A stretch of DNA of 64,000 bases. Source: Octopus bimaculoides. Taxonomy: Eukaryota. The notes under the pieces are model-generated. The model had not been told where the DNA came from. It worked only from the letters and a program-made list of their open reading frames with translations, and made no database searches. Made by a program: the position numbers and the translations under genes. The DNA is taken from NCBI RefSeq assembly GCF_001194135.2, contig NC_068982.1:38004513-38068512 (forward strand). Reading direction: 5' to 3'. Each line of letters opens with the position of its first letter. Position 1 is the stretch's first letter. Shown here piece by piece: positions 60,314 through 64,000 of the stretch.

Positions 60314-61383
60314 ATGCTTGTGTGGTTATGGAGTTCATTTTGAAGCCATATAGTTTTAAGCTCACTTCCCTCTTTACTAAACTTTGGGCATGCATCTTCT
60401 AGCACAGTCTCAAATAGAGCAATACATTGTGAGCTGAATTTAGTAAATGGAAACTGTTTAGAAACATGTTATGCATATCTCTTTCTGCATGAAACCAATG
60501 GTAGTCTGGTTACCCCACAAATAAAGTACATACCTGCAAACACACACACACATACACACACATACACACACACACATACATACATACTTTTGTGTGTGTG
60601 TATTAATGTTTGCTTTTATGTCAAGTTATATATAAAAAGAATTTAACATTAAGATCAAAAATTACTCACTACATTTCAGTGGAGTACACATATATTAACA
60701 TTTACAAGGAAAAGGTTGACAGTGACTGTTAAGTTTTGGCCTGCTATATTATTTGTATAATATGTATATTCATTGTCATCATCATTATCATCATTTAACG
60801 TCCATGTTCCATGCTAGAATGGGTGGGAGGATACCACAAGAGCCAGCCAGGCTGAAGCTTGCACCGGCCTTCTGTGACTGTTTTGGCAGGATTTTTACAG
60901 CTGGATGCCCTTCCTAACACCAACCACTCAGCAGGGTAGACTTAGTGTTTTTCTGTGGCACAAACACAGGCAAGGTCAGTTTTGGCAAGGTTTTTACAAC
61001 TGGATGCCCTTTCTAACACCAAGCACTCAGCAGAGTGGACTTTGTGCTTTTTATATGGCACAAGCTAGGTCAGTTTTGGCAAGGTTTTTACAGCTGGATG
61101 CCCTTCTGAACACCAACCACTTTACAGTGTGGACTGGGTGCTTTTAAGTGGCACCTGCACTGACAGGGTCACCAAATACTTGCAAGACAAAAACTTTTAA
61201 GAGGAGAGGCAGCATTGGAGGAGATGATGATGAAAAGGTTGTAGTGAGACAGATATTGGTGTCTTGCTGAAGAGGAAGTACAAGGTTACCCAGCTGGAGA
61301 GAGAAAGATCAAAGATGAAGACAGAAACAGGTGTGCTACCACAAAGAAAATACACAGTTGCCCAGCCTGAGGGAAGTGCAGGA

Positions 61384-61411
61384 GAAGGAGAGAGAGAAAG
61401 AGAGAGAGTTA

Positions 61412-61481
<70 letters not shown>
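61384..61481. repeat. (AG)n-rich microsatellite
   Basis: Read directly from the sequence. Confidence 0.97.
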
Positions 61482-61484
<3 letters not shown>

Positions 61485-61954
61485 CAGGATGGAGATGGTG
61501 GCAAAATGCTGGGCATGCTCACAAGGAATGGGGATCAGAGTATAAATGAGATGGTGGAGTAAAGGGAGAGATATAGATGGTGGCAAATGCTAGGGCATAC
61601 CCTTGAGGTTCAGATGCCATAGTTTAAGTGACAAGATATTGCGAAGGGAGTGCAAGTAAGTGGTGAAAGACCTGGGTATATATAGAGTTGGAGGGGCTAC
61701 TGGATAGCAATGATACAGAGGAGCAAGGGTGTGAGAACAGGATTGGGGAGTGAGAGCTAGGCATAGTGAATGAAGGAGGAAATGCGAGAAAGAGATTTAA
61801 ATTGGTTTGTTAGGGTAGAGTGAGGGAAAAGTTTTCTACTAAAAGTTTTATATTATATTATATATATTCTACATGTATTATATATATATATGAATACATA
61901 CACACTCACACACAAACACATACAGACAGACACACACACACTCACACATATACA

Positions 61955-61999
<45 letters not shown>

Positions 62000-63183
62000 T
62001 CCTGGCTTATATTCTGAGTCCAAATTCTGCTGAGTTTGACTTTACCTTTCGTCCATTTGGGTTGATAAAATAAGTACCAGTTGAGCATTCCCCTCAAAAT
62101 TTCAAGCCTTGTGCTTATAGTAGAAAGCATCTAGTCTACATTGTAACATGGTTGGCATTTGGAAGGGCATCCAGCTGTAAAAATCATGCCAGAACTAACC
62201 TCACCTATACCAGTGCCATGTAAAAAGCACTGAATCCACTCTGCAGAGTGGTTGGTGTTACAAAGGGCATCCAGCCGTAAAATCCCTGCCAAAATTGATA
62301 CAACAGTCCAGGGTAGTTTTTCTACATGGCCAGCTCCTGTTAACCATCCTACCCATGCATGCAGGGAAGATGGATGTTAAATATTTATGATGATGGTGAT
62401 GATTATATATGTCTGTGTGTGTGTTTGTGCACATTATAGTCTTAGCATTCAAGTTGATTACACCTACCCATCCACACACATATATCTATGTATGTTTGTA
62501 TCCCTGTTGTATATGTTTGTGCATGTATATTGTACTGATTTACTTCAGAAAACATTGGAAGAAGAATAAAAAACACTTGCTTTGTATTCAAGAATTCTAT
62601 TGTTCTCAAAGTGCAATATAAACTAAAACAAAACATATATATATATTTATGATGTTTATTTCCTGATCTTAATTCTGCTCTTCTTTCTGTTTTATCAAAT
62701 TTTCTAGTGTGCCTGTTGACTTTGTTCTCACTTTGACCATTGCCCTCTTATAAACACTAATTTCCTCCTCTTCTTCCTCCTCCATTGCCTGTTAATTTTT
62801 TTTTCTCTCTCTTAATACTTTTAGTCTAATCTTTTAACACTTTCATATCTCTTTGACATTTTACCTCATTCTAATGATGTGTATTGTCTAAGACTTCTTC
62901 CACATGGCAAAATAATTTACATTTTATTCTGCAAAGTCTAAAGATTTCCCTCTCAATATCTTGAGGAACAACTGAGTTGTACCTATTTTCATGTGTAGGA
63001 ATGGATTGCATTTGTCACAATCTATTCCCTTTGCATGCAAGAATCCAAATTGCCAAGAAATAGATAATTAAATATGATAGATAGAAAAATAATTAAAAAA
63101 AACACTCAATACTATCAATACTAAAATGTCAAATTAGATATAAAACAGTAAAAAATTATTATTTTTCATTAAATTATAATAAA

Positions 63184-63991
63184 CTAGCAGAAATACCCGG
63201 CTTTGCCCGGGTTAAAGAGAATAATGAAATCTAAAAACGCCGTCTAGACTATGCAACCCTCAACTGTTAGTAGCTACGATACCATATTTCTACATTAATA
63301 ACTCTCCAATCCATGCCAGCATGGAACATAGACATTAAGTGGAATGCCAGTCTCTCATCTAGGAGGGCCTTGAAATCAATGTTACCAACTGGGGACTATG
63401 TGTGTCGCAGTGATAATAAAAAGACCCAAAGGAGGTCTGCAATGAAATAATTTTACTCAACACTTTGCAAGTGAATCAGTGGAGGCAAAGATGCGTCTCA
63501 TGTACTTGACAATTTATGCACCACATTGCAGAAATCACAATGTNNNNNNNNNNNNNNNNNNNNNNNNNNNNNNNNNNNNNNNNNNNNNNNNNNNNNNNNN
63601 NNNNNNNNNNNNNNNNNNNNNNNNNNNNNNNNNNNNNNNNNNNNNNNNNNNNNNNNNNNNNNNNNNNNNNNNNNNNNNNNNNNNNNNNNNNNNNNNNNNN
63701 NNNNNNNNNNNNNNNNNNNNNNNNNNNNNNNNNNNNNNNNNNNNNNNNNNNNNNNNNNNNNNNNNNNNNNNNNNNNNNNNNNNNNNNNNNNNNNNNNNNN
63801 NNNNNNNNNNNNNNNNNNNNNNNNNNNNNNNNNNNNNNNNNNNNNNNNNNNNNNNNNNNNNNNNNNTTATACATAGAATATAATTTCCAAATTTCATAAA
63901 GATCCGTTCAGTACTTTTGACGTAGTTTTGGATAAGAAAACAGATGACTAATGTGTGTGTTTGTGTGTGATGGGTGTATATATGTATAGAT
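63184..63991 (+). mobile_element. Probable non-autonomous Helitron/DINE-1-like element spanning the last gap
   Basis: 5' CTAGCAGAAATACCCGGCTTTGCCCGGG subterminal hairpin. 3' CCAAATTTCATAAAGATCCGTTCAGT motif, microsatellite and TATAGAT end resemble Lep1/DINE-type termini. Continuity across the gap is assumed. Confidence 0.5.
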
Positions 63992-64000
63992 ATCTGTATA

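Noticed and set aside
62668-62790. Minus-strand peptide MEEEEEEEISVYKRAMVKVRTKSTGTLENLIKQKEEQN*
   Set aside because: There is an in-frame stop just upstream and no polypyrimidine acceptor; explained by purine-rich low complexity.

Overview
AT-rich, microsatellite- and retroposon-dense eukaryotic DNA. The repeat content points to an octopus genome (inference). There are seven N gaps. Two intron-rich genes sit head-to-head around a very short bidirectional promoter at about 12834-12920. On the minus strand is a complete SURF2 (CDS 12833 to 4529), in which coding exon 4 is tandemly triplicated and every copy keeps its frame and splice sites. On the plus strand is AXDND1 (18 coding exons, 15050-54591, 681 codons read in frame; the 3' end was not found). 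The introns hold RTE-like and L2/CR1-like LINE fragments, tRNA-derived SINEs, a full-length decayed mariner, a pogo remnant, two hAT derivatives with target-site duplications, four piggyBac-like MITEs, a Helitron-like element and an intron-containing tRNA-Lys pseudogene. The least expected layer is a set of six unrelated minimal type-I hammerhead-ribozyme-like motifs with tiny palindromic helix III. One has a perfect core, one is linked to a Penelope GIY-YIG remnant, and two lie in or next to long fold-back inverted repeats. All coordinates and alignments were done by eye; no database searches were run, and homology calls rest on recalled protein sequences.
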